Source of the DNA: Gemmatimonadota bacterium
Lineage (GTDB): Bacteria; Gemmatimonadota; Gemmatimonadetes; Gemmatimonadales; GWC2-71-9
Assembly: GCA_031375485.1 (NCBI GenBank)
Contig: JANMHX010000328.1
Coordinates: 8 to 64,007, forward strand
Length of the DNA stretch: 64,000 nucleotides
Direction: 5' to 3'
In this document: positions 18,304 through 26,967 of the stretch, one piece after another
Layout of the letters: every line of letters starts with the position of its first letter
How positions within the stretch are numbered: position 1 is the stretch's first letter
The notes under the pieces: model-generated
Told to the model about the DNA's origin: nothing
Seen by the model: only the letters and a program-made list of their open reading frames with translations
Databases searched by the model: none
Position numbers and translations under genes: made by a program

Positions 18304-19970
18304 TGCGGTGTCTCGCCAAGGATCCGGCGGACCGATGGCCGGGTGCGGACGAGATGCTCCGGATCCTGGAGGGCATCCGCCCGAGCGATCCGGCGGTCAC
18401 GCCCACGGCCGGCCGGAGGAGCGGCGCCGTCGTTCCGCCCGATGTCGGCCGGACCCGGCGGTGGGTTGCGGGGGCGAGCGTCGTCGGAGCGGTGATGGCG
18501 GTCGGGATCTGGGGGCTGCAGAACCGGCCGGCCCCGTCGATCGACACCCCGCCGACCGTGGTGGTGCTCCCGCTGGAGGCGCCGAAGGGCCTGGTGCCGA
18601 TGGCCGAGGATCTCCAACGATCGATGACCCATGAACTGCAACGAAGCGGCGCCCCGGTCCTCGACCGGCTGGCCGCGGCTGACTTCGCGGCCACGCCCGA
18701 CCGGGCCGTGGCGGCCCGCCGCCGGAACATTGGGTTTGTGCTGAGTGGTACCGTTAGGCAGCGGGAATCCAACCTTGACGTCGACCTGACCCTCACCAAC
18801 GCGGCCTCCGGGGTCGAGCTCCGCTCGCAGATGGTTACCGCCGCCGACACGACGCCGGCGGATGGTGTCGTGGCGCTGCTGGCTGACTCGCTTCGGGCTT
18901 GGCTCAAACTCCCGGCTTCCCGTCGGCCGAGCCCGGAGCGGGCGACTCGGTCGAAGCAGGTTGCCGCGCTCATTGACCAGGCGGAGCGTGCCAGCCGGAC
19001 CCGGACCCCCCGCGGCGTGTCCGAGGGGATCGCGCTGTATCAGCAGGCGCTCGCGCTGGCGCCCGATGATGCCGCGGCTCACGCTCGGCTCTCGACCGTC
19101 TATTCGCTCTTATTGGCCTACTTGTATCGGACCTCGATCAGCGTGAGCGTGGCCGCGGAGCGAGCGCTGGCCCATGCCGAGCGGAGCATCGAACTCGATC
19201 CCGGGTCGGACGAGGCCTACACCGCCCGCGCCTATCTCCTCAATCAGATCAACGCGCCGGTCAACCTGGTCCGGGCCGATTTCCAGCGGGCCCGGGACCT
19301 CAATCCTTCCGCGGAACCCGGTTGGTACTCGATGCTGCTGTTCCGGGAGGGCCGGAAAGACGAATCGCTTGCCGAGGGTCGCCGGGGCGTGGCGCTCGAT
19401 CCCCAGTCGCCGGGGCGGTGGTTGGCCTTGGCATTGAACGCATTCGGGTTCCACTCCTACGACCTGGCGCTGGCCGCCGCCGACTCCGCCTTGCTCCTCG
19501 ACCCGAGCCTGTCGCTGGCCCGGGGCGTTGTGGCCCGGTCTCGGCTCATGGCCGATCGGGCCGCTGACTGCGCCACCATGGAAACATGGCCTTATCTCGG
19601 GACCAAGGCGGCCTGCCTAACGGTCTTAGGGCGGACCGCCGAGGCGAACCTGCTCGTGGACTCGCTGCTCCATCTCTACACTGGGGGGCCGGCCATCGAT
19701 TCGACCTTCGTGCCGGCCCTCTTTGCCCAGGAACTGGCGACCTATTTCGCCTTGGTGGGTGAATCGAACGGGGCGCGGGCCTGGATTCGCGAGCTGTTTC
19801 ACTTGGTGCCGGCCGGGTTGCCGGATTGGTACCAGCAGTCGGGATTGTTCGCCAAGGTGATGGGCGACCGGAAGTTCGCCGCCGAGGTTGCCCAGCTCGA
19901 AGAGGCGGCGAATCGGCGGGTTCGAGAGGGTGGCCAGGCGTACCTCAGGGAGTTGCAGCCGGTTCGGTAG
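18288..19970 (+). CDS. C-terminal continuation of the Ser/Thr kinase: subdomain XI, TM helix, periplasmic TolB-N-like + TPR sensor region
   Basis: Frame 0 reads …PLRPDVPPEMVDLVMRCLAKDPADRW (kinase subdomain XI). This is followed by a TM helix (WVAGASVVGAVMAVGIWGL) and TPR-like repeats. Confidence 0.8.
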   Translation: MVDLVMRCLAKDPADRWPGADEMLRILEGIRPSDPAVTPTAGRRSGAVVPPDVGRTRRWVAGASVVGAVMAVGIWGLQNRPAPSIDTPPTVVVLPLEAPKGLVPMAEDLQRSMTHELQRSGAPVLDRLAAADFAATPDRAVAARRRNIGFVLSGTVRQRESNLDVDLTLTNAASGVELRSQMVTAADTTPADGVVALLADSLRAWLKLPASRRPSPERATRSKQVAALIDQAERASRTRTPRGVSEGIALYQQALALAPDDAAAHARLSTVYSLLLAYLYRTSISVSVAAERALAHAERSIELDPGSDEAYTARAYLLNQINAPVNLVRADFQRARDLNPSAEPGWYSMLLFREGRKDESLAEGRRGVALDPQSPGRWLALALNAFGFHSYDLALAAADSALLLDPSLSLARGVVARSRLMADRAADCATMETWPYLGTKAACLTVLGRTAEANLLVDSLLHLYTGGPAIDSTFVPALFAQELATYFALVGESNGARAWIRELFHLVPAGLPDWYQQSGLFAKVMGDRKFAAEVAQLEEAANRRVREGGQAYLRELQPVR

Positions 19971-19993
19971 TCTCACTACAAGGACTGTCAGAT

Positions 19994-21568
19994 ATGACCC
20001 CTGTTCTTCACCGTCCGTTCCTCGCCGCGGCCCTCCTGTCCCTCGGCATCGTCGTGCCTCGGCCGGCCGCCGCTCAGGAACGGCCCACGGCGAACGAGGC
20101 CCGCCTCATCGAGGTGCTCAAGGCCGACATTCCCCAGATCCTCCGATTGGTCGGGACCCCGGGTCTCAATCTGGCCATCGCCCGCCGGGGCCAGGTGATC
20201 TGGGAGGAAGGGTTCGGCTTCGCCGATCTCGAGCGGCGGATCCCGATGACGGCCGCGACGGTGACCCACTCCGGCTCGATGGGCAAGACCTACACCGCGA
20301 CCGCTGTGATGCAGCTGGTGGAGCAGGGTGTGCTCGAGCTCGACGGGCCGGTCAATCGATACCTGTCCGGCTGGCAGATCGCGAACCCGCTCGGCGGCCG
20401 CGACGTCACCATTCGGGATTTGTTGACCCACCGGAGCGGCCTCGCCGGGAACGGAGCTTGGAGTGTGCTCCGCGATCCGAAGCCGCTCGCCGAGCACGTC
20501 CCCGAAGCCTACGGCAAGAAGCAGAACGATTTCTACGGCGGTGTGGCACCGACCTGGGCCACCCGTGCCGGCGAGAAGTACGAATACTCGAATCTCGGCA
20601 TCGCGACGTTAGGGTATCTGGTCCAGGTCACCAACCCCGAGAAGCTCTCGTTTTCCGACTACGTTCAACGTCACATCATCGATCCGCTGGGGATGACCTC
20701 GACCCAATTCCCTCCGGTCCAAGACTCGGCCCACATCCGGCCCGATATCTGGGCCAAGATGTCCCGGGGATACGCCGGCTTCGGCCCGGTCCGGATTCCG
20801 ACGCCCGCGATCTATTTCGAGGACCACCCCGCCGGCACCGTGGTCACCAAGCCGAGCGACCACATCCGGGTCTTGCTGGCCATGCAACATGACGGGCGGT
20901 ACCATGGCTATCAACTCCTCAAACCCGAGACCGTCAAACTGATGTTGACGCCGTACCCAGGGACGGAGTCGCCCACCGTGGGTCTGGTGTGGAATCTTCG
21001 TGACTGGGACAAGCCCTATCGCCGCTTCGACCACGGCGGCGCCCACATGTGGGGGTGGACCAATAACTACGTCGCTTTCCCCGGACTCGATCTCGCCATC
21101 GCGGTCTTCATGAATCAGTGGACGCTGCCCAACGATGCCCAGGGCGCCCGGTACCAAGAGGCGCGGTTGATCACCGAGTTTGTCCGATCCTGGGTGGAGC
21201 GGGACCTGGCCGGTACGCTCCGGCCGGTCCCCACCCATTCCTGGGCGTGGAAGGTGTCCTATGTCCAAGGCCTGATGATGGTGGAGAGCATCAATGGAGC
21301 CTTGGGCATCAAGGAGCCGCTCTCGGCTGCGACGATCGACATGATGGTTCGGGGCGCCGCGCCCCGCGCGGAGCGGAATGGGGCCTCGGTCTGGGACCCC
21401 GAAGGGTTTCGCGCGGGTATCGCCGACATGGCCGGCGCCGAGTTGACGCCGACCGGGATCGCCGCGTTCTTCCAGTCCGACCGGCTCCGGGTACTGCCCG
21501 AGGAACTCCCCCTGATCTACCTCGAGCTCGGCGGCCGAGGCAATCTTCCTGATCCGAAACCGAGGTGA
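19994..21568 (+). CDS. Secreted serine hydrolase of the beta-lactamase/PBP (class C / family VIII esterase) fold
   Basis: Signal peptide MTPVLHRPFLAAALLSLG…AAAQ. SxxK motif (SGSMGKTY) and YxN motif (YEYSNLG). ATG 19994. Confidence 0.8.
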   Translation: MTPVLHRPFLAAALLSLGIVVPRPAAAQERPTANEARLIEVLKADIPQILRLVGTPGLNLAIARRGQVIWEEGFGFADLERRIPMTAATVTHSGSMGKTYTATAVMQLVEQGVLELDGPVNRYLSGWQIANPLGGRDVTIRDLLTHRSGLAGNGAWSVLRDPKPLAEHVPEAYGKKQNDFYGGVAPTWATRAGEKYEYSNLGIATLGYLVQVTNPEKLSFSDYVQRHIIDPLGMTSTQFPPVQDSAHIRPDIWAKMSRGYAGFGPVRIPTPAIYFEDHPAGTVVTKPSDHIRVLLAMQHDGRYHGYQLLKPETVKLMLTPYPGTESPTVGLVWNLRDWDKPYRRFDHGGAHMWGWTNNYVAFPGLDLAIAVFMNQWTLPNDAQGARYQEARLITEFVRSWVERDLAGTLRPVPTHSWAWKVSYVQGLMMVESINGALGIKEPLSAATIDMMVRGAAPRAERNGASVWDPEGFRAGIADMAGAELTPTGIAAFFQSDRLRVLPEELPLIYLELGGRGNLPDPKPR

Positions 21569-21572
21569 CGTC

Positions 21573-22649
21573 ATGAAACGCCGTGATCTGCTCCAAGGTG
21601 CGGTGGCGGCGGGGGCACTCCCGATGCTGCCGTTCGGTTCGGCTCCGGCGCGGGCCGCGCGGCAGGATCAGCCGATCGTGGTCGAAGGGCTCTTCGCGGG
21701 CACCATCCGGCTCTCGCATCTTCGCGGCATGCAACAGGGCGGTGTGCATTGTGGCGTAGCGGGCGGGCCGTCCGATATGGCGTCGTTTGCCGCGCTGCTC
21801 GGGTTCTTCGATCGATACAAGGACGAGGTCGTATTGGCGAAATCGGTGGCGGATATCCGCGAGGCCCGACGTGCCGGCAAGATCTCCAACGTGTTCTGCT
21901 GGCAGGCCGCGGACGCCTTGGGGCTGCAGTTCAATTCGGCACTGGGCAGCTCGGCGACCGCGCTTCGGGCTTTCCATGAAGTGGGCCTCCGGATCGTGGG
22001 CCTCTGCTACAACATCGTGAACTCGTTCGGCGGGGGTTGTCTCGAACCCACGGTCGGGCTGACCCGGGCCGGCCATCGCCTCGTCGAAGAGATCCACCGT
22101 CTCAAGATCGTGCTCGATGTCGGGGGCCACACCGGCGAGCAAACCTCGCTGGACGCGATCGCGATGACGCGGGGTGTTCCGGTGATTTGCAGTCACACCA
22201 ACGTCGCGGCGATCGCCAACAACAACCGCTGCATCAGCGACCGGGTCATCGACGCGATCGCGGCCACCGGCGGGGTGATCGGGATCACGGCGGTCAACGA
22301 TTTCCACGTCCGCGGCCGAGGCAACACCGGCCGGGTGCCGCACGTCGGGATCGATGCCCACATCGATCAATACGAGTACATCAAGAAACGGGTCGGGATC
22401 GATCACGTCGGGATGGGCACCGATTTCGTCGACGGGATGCCGATTCCCTACGACGGCGGGGTCAACAAAGACATCATCCCGCCGGACATGATCGACGAGC
22501 CGTGGAAGTTCATCGATGGATTCGGAAGCATCGGAGAGCTCCCGAACCTGATCGCCGGCTTCAAGCGGAGGGGCTGGAGCGATACCGACTTGGGGAAGGC
22601 GATGGGTGGCAACTGGCTCCGGGTCTACCGCCAGGTGTGGGGCGACTGA
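21573..22649 (+). CDS. Tat-signal membrane dipeptidase (peptidase M19, renal dipeptidase family)
   Basis: MKRRDLLQGAVAAG Tat signal. M19 blocks are present (VICSHTNVAAIANNNRCISDRVIDAIAATGGVIGIT; GTDF). GAGG SD. Confidence 0.8.
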   Translation: MKRRDLLQGAVAAGALPMLPFGSAPARAARQDQPIVVEGLFAGTIRLSHLRGMQQGGVHCGVAGGPSDMASFAALLGFFDRYKDEVVLAKSVADIREARRAGKISNVFCWQAADALGLQFNSALGSSATALRAFHEVGLRIVGLCYNIVNSFGGGCLEPTVGLTRAGHRLVEEIHRLKIVLDVGGHTGEQTSLDAIAMTRGVPVICSHTNVAAIANNNRCISDRVIDAIAATGGVIGITAVNDFHVRGRGNTGRVPHVGIDAHIDQYEYIKKRVGIDHVGMGTDFVDGMPIPYDGGVNKDIIPPDMIDEPWKFIDGFGSIGELPNLIAGFKRRGWSDTDLGKAMGGNWLRVYRQVWGD

Positions 22650-22716
22650 TGCTTGGTACCGAGGGTCGCTTCGGGCGTAACCCCTGGGGCAGGCGGGTAC
22701 TTTGTGGGAGGTTGTC

Positions 22717-23790
22717 GTGACGATTCGGAACCTCGGCGTGATGCTGGTGGCCGTGCTGGTAGCCCCGGTCGCCGCCCAGAAGCGGAGCGCCGACCGGCCG
22801 GTCGGCGCCCGGTACGAGGGCCGCGCGTTCGACTTTAAGAAGGTGGCCGAGGGCGTGTATCTGGCGGTCGGTACCGGGAACCTGAGCGCCGAGTCGAACG
22901 CCGTCATCGTCGTCAACGACACCGATGTCTTGGTCGTAGACGGCGAGACGAGCCCGGCGGCCGGCTGGGCCCTGATGAAGGAGCTTCGGTCGATCACCAC
23001 CAAGCCGGTCCGCTACCTGGTAGTGACCCACTTCCACTATGACCACGCCCACGGGACTCAGTCCTTCCCGCCCGGCATCGAGATCATCGGCACCGAGTTC
23101 ACCCGCCGGATGCTAGCCGAGGGCAAATCGCTGAGTCACCCCACGGCGGCCGGCAACCGGACGTTTGCGGCGGCCCAAATCACCAACCTCGCCAAGGCGC
23201 TCGACACGGCATCGACGCCGGCCAGCCGGAAGGACATCGAGAAACGGCGGATGGTCTGGCAGGAGTACGTCGCGTCGATTGCCACGATTACCCCGGTGCC
23301 GCCGAACGTGACGGTGACGGACCGGATGACGTTGACCCGGGGCGGCCGCGAGATCGTCATCTTCCATCCCGGACCCGCCCACACCGCCGGCGATCTCGTC
23401 GTCTGGCTCCCGAAAGAGCGGATCCTGGCCACCGGCGACATGCTGCAACCCAACCTCCCGTATCTGGGCGATGGGTTCATCCAACAGTGGGCCACGGCCT
23501 TGGATTCGCTCAAGGCGCTGGCTCCAGCGGTGATACTCCCGGGTCATGGGGACCCGATCACCGATCTGGCCGTGGTGGATCACTTGCGGGATTATTTGCG
23601 GGACTTGTGGACCCAGTCCGTGGCGCTCAAGCAGGAGGGGTTGGCCTTCGCCGAGGCGGCAAAGCGTCTCGATTTGACGAAGTACGACGCCTACTATCCT
23701 CGGTTTCCGGGTTGGACGGATGAAATGGTGGCCCGCCGGAGGGCCGGCGCCGTCAAGCGGATCTACGATTTGGTGGACGGCGTCAAGTAG
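22717..23790 (+). CDS. Secreted MBL-fold metallo-hydrolase
   Basis: HxHxDH motif (VVTHFHYDHAHG) and later HTAGD and PGHG ligands. GTG 22717 is preceded by GGGAGG and gives a signal peptide. Confidence 0.78.
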   Translation: MTIRNLGVMLVAVLVAPVAAQKRSADRPVGARYEGRAFDFKKVAEGVYLAVGTGNLSAESNAVIVVNDTDVLVVDGETSPAAGWALMKELRSITTKPVRYLVVTHFHYDHAHGTQSFPPGIEIIGTEFTRRMLAEGKSLSHPTAAGNRTFAAAQITNLAKALDTASTPASRKDIEKRRMVWQEYVASIATITPVPPNVTVTDRMTLTRGGREIVIFHPGPAHTAGDLVVWLPKERILATGDMLQPNLPYLGDGFIQQWATALDSLKALAPAVILPGHGDPITDLAVVDHLRDYLRDLWTQSVALKQEGLAFAEAAKRLDLTKYDAYYPRFPGWTDEMVARRRAGAVKRIYDLVDGVK

Positions 23791-24910
23791 GCGGGCCGCT
23801 GCCCCACACGGCCCCGAACAACCGGAGGAAATTCCCGCCGATGATCTTCTCGATCCGGGCATCGGAGTAGCCCCGAGCCGCGAGCCGCTCGGCAATCGAC
23901 TCCATCCGCCGCGGCGTGTTCAAGTCGGCCACGAACATGAAGTCCTCTTCCCGGGGCGCCGCGATCCCGAGCCGCTTCCGTCCCTCCACGAACTGTTGGT
24001 GCTTCCGGGTGTACTCCGGGGTGACCTGATGCGGCGTGATCGAGAGGTCGCTCCCAATGCCGACGTGATCCTCCCCGCAGACGTTGACGGCGTGGTCGAT
24101 TTGCCGGATCAGGTCGTCGGCCGTTGGCTGGCCCGCGGCGTTGATGAACGGCATCAGGTAGATCCCGATGACGCCCCCTTTGTCGGCCATCCGCTTGAGG
24201 GTTGCATCGGACTTGCTCCGGGGATGTTCGAACACCGCCTTGCAGCCGCTATGGGTGATCGCGACCGGGGCGGACGACGCCGCGATGCCGTCGTCCGTGG
24301 TGCGGGTGCCGCAATGACTCAGGTCGACGACCATGCCGAGTTGGTTCATCCGGGCCACCACCGCCCGGCCGTGGACGCTCAGGCCGGCGTCGGCTGGTTC
24401 GAGGCAGCCGTCGCCGAGCAGGTTCCGGACGTTGTACGTGAGCTGGACGATCTTGACGCCGTAGCGGTGGAAAAGGTCGAGACGCGCGGGATCCCCTTCG
24501 AGCATGACGGCGTCCTGGAATCCGTAGATCAGCCCGACTCGGCCGGTCCGCTTGGCGTCGGTCAGCTCGGCGATGGTCCGGACCCGGCAGAACACGTCGG
24601 GATGGGCCGCCAACTCGCGTTCCCAATAGCCGATCCTGGCGAACGTGTCGTCAAAGCTGGCGTGACCCCGACCGCCACCGCTCAGCGTCAGGTTGACGGC
24701 GGTCAGCCCTGACGCGCGGGCGTTGGCCACCATCTCGTCGGTCAACGGCCCCGTCCCGCTGTCGGGGCTGTTGAACGGACCGGGGCTCGCCAGGCAGTCG
24801 ATGACGGTGGCCCGGGCGTATCCGGGCCAGGACCGGCGGGCCAGCGGGCGGAACCGCCGAGCGAGCGGCAACGCGGCGGCAGACGAAACCACGAAGTCGC
24901 GGCGCTTCAT
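23783..24910 (-). CDS. Tat-signal membrane dipeptidase (peptidase M19), second paralog
   Basis: MKRRDFVVSSAAAL Tat signal. M19 blocks are present (VVDLSHCGTRTTDD, ITHSGCKAV, IGSDL). ATGA overlap with the upstream ACAD stop. Confidence 0.8.
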   Translation of the reverse strand: MKRRDFVVSSAAALPLARRFRPLARRSWPGYARATVIDCLASPGPFNSPDSGTGPLTDEMVANARASGLTAVNLTLSGGGRGHASFDDTFARIGYWERELAAHPDVFCRVRTIAELTDAKRTGRVGLIYGFQDAVMLEGDPARLDLFHRYGVKIVQLTYNVRNLLGDGCLEPADAGLSVHGRAVVARMNQLGMVVDLSHCGTRTTDDGIAASSAPVAITHSGCKAVFEHPRSKSDATLKRMADKGGVIGIYLMPFINAAGQPTADDLIRQIDHAVNVCGEDHVGIGSDLSITPHQVTPEYTRKHQQFVEGRKRLGIAAPREEDFMFVADLNTPRRMESIAERLAARGYSDARIEKIIGGNFLRLFGAVWGSGPPT

Positions 24911-26067
24911 GACTGGCGCTCCTTGATCATGGCCTTGGCGATGATCAGTTGCTGAATCTGCGTGGTGCCTTCATAGAGGCGGAACACCCGGACATCTCGG
25001 TACAGCCGTTCCGCGGCGCACTCGGAGATGTACCCGGCTCCGCCATGGATCTGGAGCACCCGGTCGGCCACCCGGCAGCACATTTCCGACGCGAACATCT
25101 TGCTGCAGGATGCTTCGACCGACACCCGCTCGCCCCGGTCGAGCCGGCGGGCCGTGTCGAGGACCATGCAGCGGGCCGCGTAGGCCTCCGCCTTGCTGTC
25201 CGCCAGCATGGCCTGGATCAGCTGATACTCCGCGATCGGTTTGCCGAATTGGGGCCGTTCCAACGCGTAGGTCAAACCCTCGTCGATCAGCCGCTCGGAA
25301 ATCCCGACGCACATGGCCGCAATGTGAACCCGTCCTCGGTCAAGGGCCCGCATCGCAACCTTGAAGCCCTGGCCCTCCTGGCCGATCAGCGCCGAAGCCG
25401 GAATCCGGCAGTCCTCGAAGATCACGTCGGCCAGGTGGGCGCCTTTCTGGCCCATTTTCCGGTCGGGCTTGGCCACCGAAAGGCCTGGACTGTCCCGTTC
25501 GACAACAAAGGCGGAAACCCCGGCGGCTCCGGCTTTTGTGGGATCGGTCCGGGCCATGACGATGAAGATCCCGGCCTGCGGGGCGTTGGTGATATACCGC
25601 TTGGTGCCGTTCACGACGTAGTGGTCGCCGTCGCGGCGTGCGGTGGTGGTGAGGGCCCCGGCGTCGGAACCGGAATCCGGCTCGGTCAAGCAGAACGCCG
25701 CGATCAACTCGCCGCTGGCCAGGCGCCGGACATACCGGTTCCGCTGTTCATCGTTGCCGTCATGAAGGATGCTCGACGAGCCGAGCCCGTTGTTGATCCC
25801 GGTGACCGAACGGAAGGCCGGCGCCGCCCGGCAGAGCTCGAAAAAGACCTGGACCGACTCCTCGGCATTGAGCCCAAGCCCGCCGTACTCGGCCGGGATC
25901 GTGATCCCATAGAGGCCCATCGTCTTCATGTCCTGGAGGATGTCCTCCGGCATCCGGTCTTCCCGGTCGACTTTTTCCTCGGCGGGAATCAGCCGCTCGG
26001 TGACGAACCGGCGGATCGTCTGGAGGAGTTCGGTCAGGGTGTCGGCGTCGAGCGCGGCGGCGGTCAT
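24907..26067 (-). CDS. Acyl-CoA dehydrogenase
   Basis: 386 aa from ATG 26067. ACAD motifs are present (CLTEPDSGSDAG, YITNA, YEGTTQIQ). The upstream 129 aa of the track ORF is junk overlapping the BKACE gene. Confidence 0.85.
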   Translation of the reverse strand: MTAAALDADTLTELLQTIRRFVTERLIPAEEKVDREDRMPEDILQDMKTMGLYGITIPAEYGGLGLNAEESVQVFFELCRAAPAFRSVTGINNGLGSSSILHDGNDEQRNRYVRRLASGELIAAFCLTEPDSGSDAGALTTTARRDGDHYVVNGTKRYITNAPQAGIFIVMARTDPTKAGAAGVSAFVVERDSPGLSVAKPDRKMGQKGAHLADVIFEDCRIPASALIGQEGQGFKVAMRALDRGRVHIAAMCVGISERLIDEGLTYALERPQFGKPIAEYQLIQAMLADSKAEAYAARCMVLDTARRLDRGERVSVEASCSKMFASEMCCRVADRVLQIHGGAGYISECAAERLYRDVRVFRLYEGTTQIQQLIIAKAMIKERQS

Positions 26068-26879
26068 GAGTTGGTGATCTTGAGCATGGCCCGGGCTTCG
26101 TCGGGGGTGGCGATCTCGCGCTGGAGTTCCTTGGCCAGCCGCACGGTGCGCTGAACCAACTGCTCGTTGGTGGCCAGCACTTTGTACGAGTAGAAGATGT
26201 TGTCTTCGAGGCCCACGCGCGAGTTGCCCCCCAGAATGATGCCAAGGGTGGAGGCGGGCAGCTGGGCCTTGGCGACCCCGATCACGCTCCAGAGGGCCCC
26301 CGGCGGCAGCGTGGCGATCATGTGGAGCAGGTGTTGGGGGGCGTAGGGCAGGGCGTTCTGGACGCCCATCACGAAGTCGAAGTACGGCGGATCCTTGATG
26401 AGCCCCCTCCTCATCAGATTGATGCCGGCGTGGATATGGCTCACGTCGAAGCACTCGATCTCGGGTTTGACGCCATATTCGATCATCTTCCCGGCATAGT
26501 ACTCGACATCGACGGGGTCGTTGATATATGGTCCCCGGGCCAGGTTGACCGAGCCGACGTTCAGGCTCATCATGTCGGGGCGGAGGTCAACGGCCCTGAT
26601 CCGGTCGTCCCGGTGGGTTGGGAACCGGAATCCGGTCGAAATCTGGATGATCAGTTTGGTATGCTTCCGCAGGCCCTCGAGGACCGTGGCGAAGAAGTCA
26701 TAGTCGAGACAGGGCTTCTGGTCCTTGTCTCGGGCATGGTAGTGGAGAATGCTGGCCCCGGCCTCCCAGCACTTGATCCCGTCTTCGATCAGTTCGGTCG
26801 GGGTCACCGGAAGGTGAGGCGTGTCCGACTTGAACGAGAACGAGCCGATGGGGGCGACCGTGATGATCAGTTTATTCAT
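26064..26879 (-). CDS. BKACE family enzyme (3-keto-5-aminohexanoate cleavage enzyme-like, DUF849)
   Basis: MNKLIITVAPIGS…VTPTELIEDGIKCWEAGASILHYHARD is the canonical BKACE N-terminus. AGAGGA SD. ATGA overlap with the ACAD start. Confidence 0.82.
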   Translation of the reverse strand: MNKLIITVAPIGSFSFKSDTPHLPVTPTELIEDGIKCWEAGASILHYHARDKDQKPCLDYDFFATVLEGLRKHTKLIIQISTGFRFPTHRDDRIRAVDLRPDMMSLNVGSVNLARGPYINDPVDVEYYAGKMIEYGVKPEIECFDVSHIHAGINLMRRGLIKDPPYFDFVMGVQNALPYAPQHLLHMIATLPPGALWSVIGVAKAQLPASTLGIILGGNSRVGLEDNIFYSYKVLATNEQLVQRTVRLAKELQREIATPDEARAMLKITNS

Positions 26880-26967
26880 AGTTCCTCTTTTGTTCTTGAA
26901 CGTACCACCCGGGCTTTAGTACCAAACGGCGCACCCTTCGTATCCCGTGACCGACCTGGAGGTCCCG

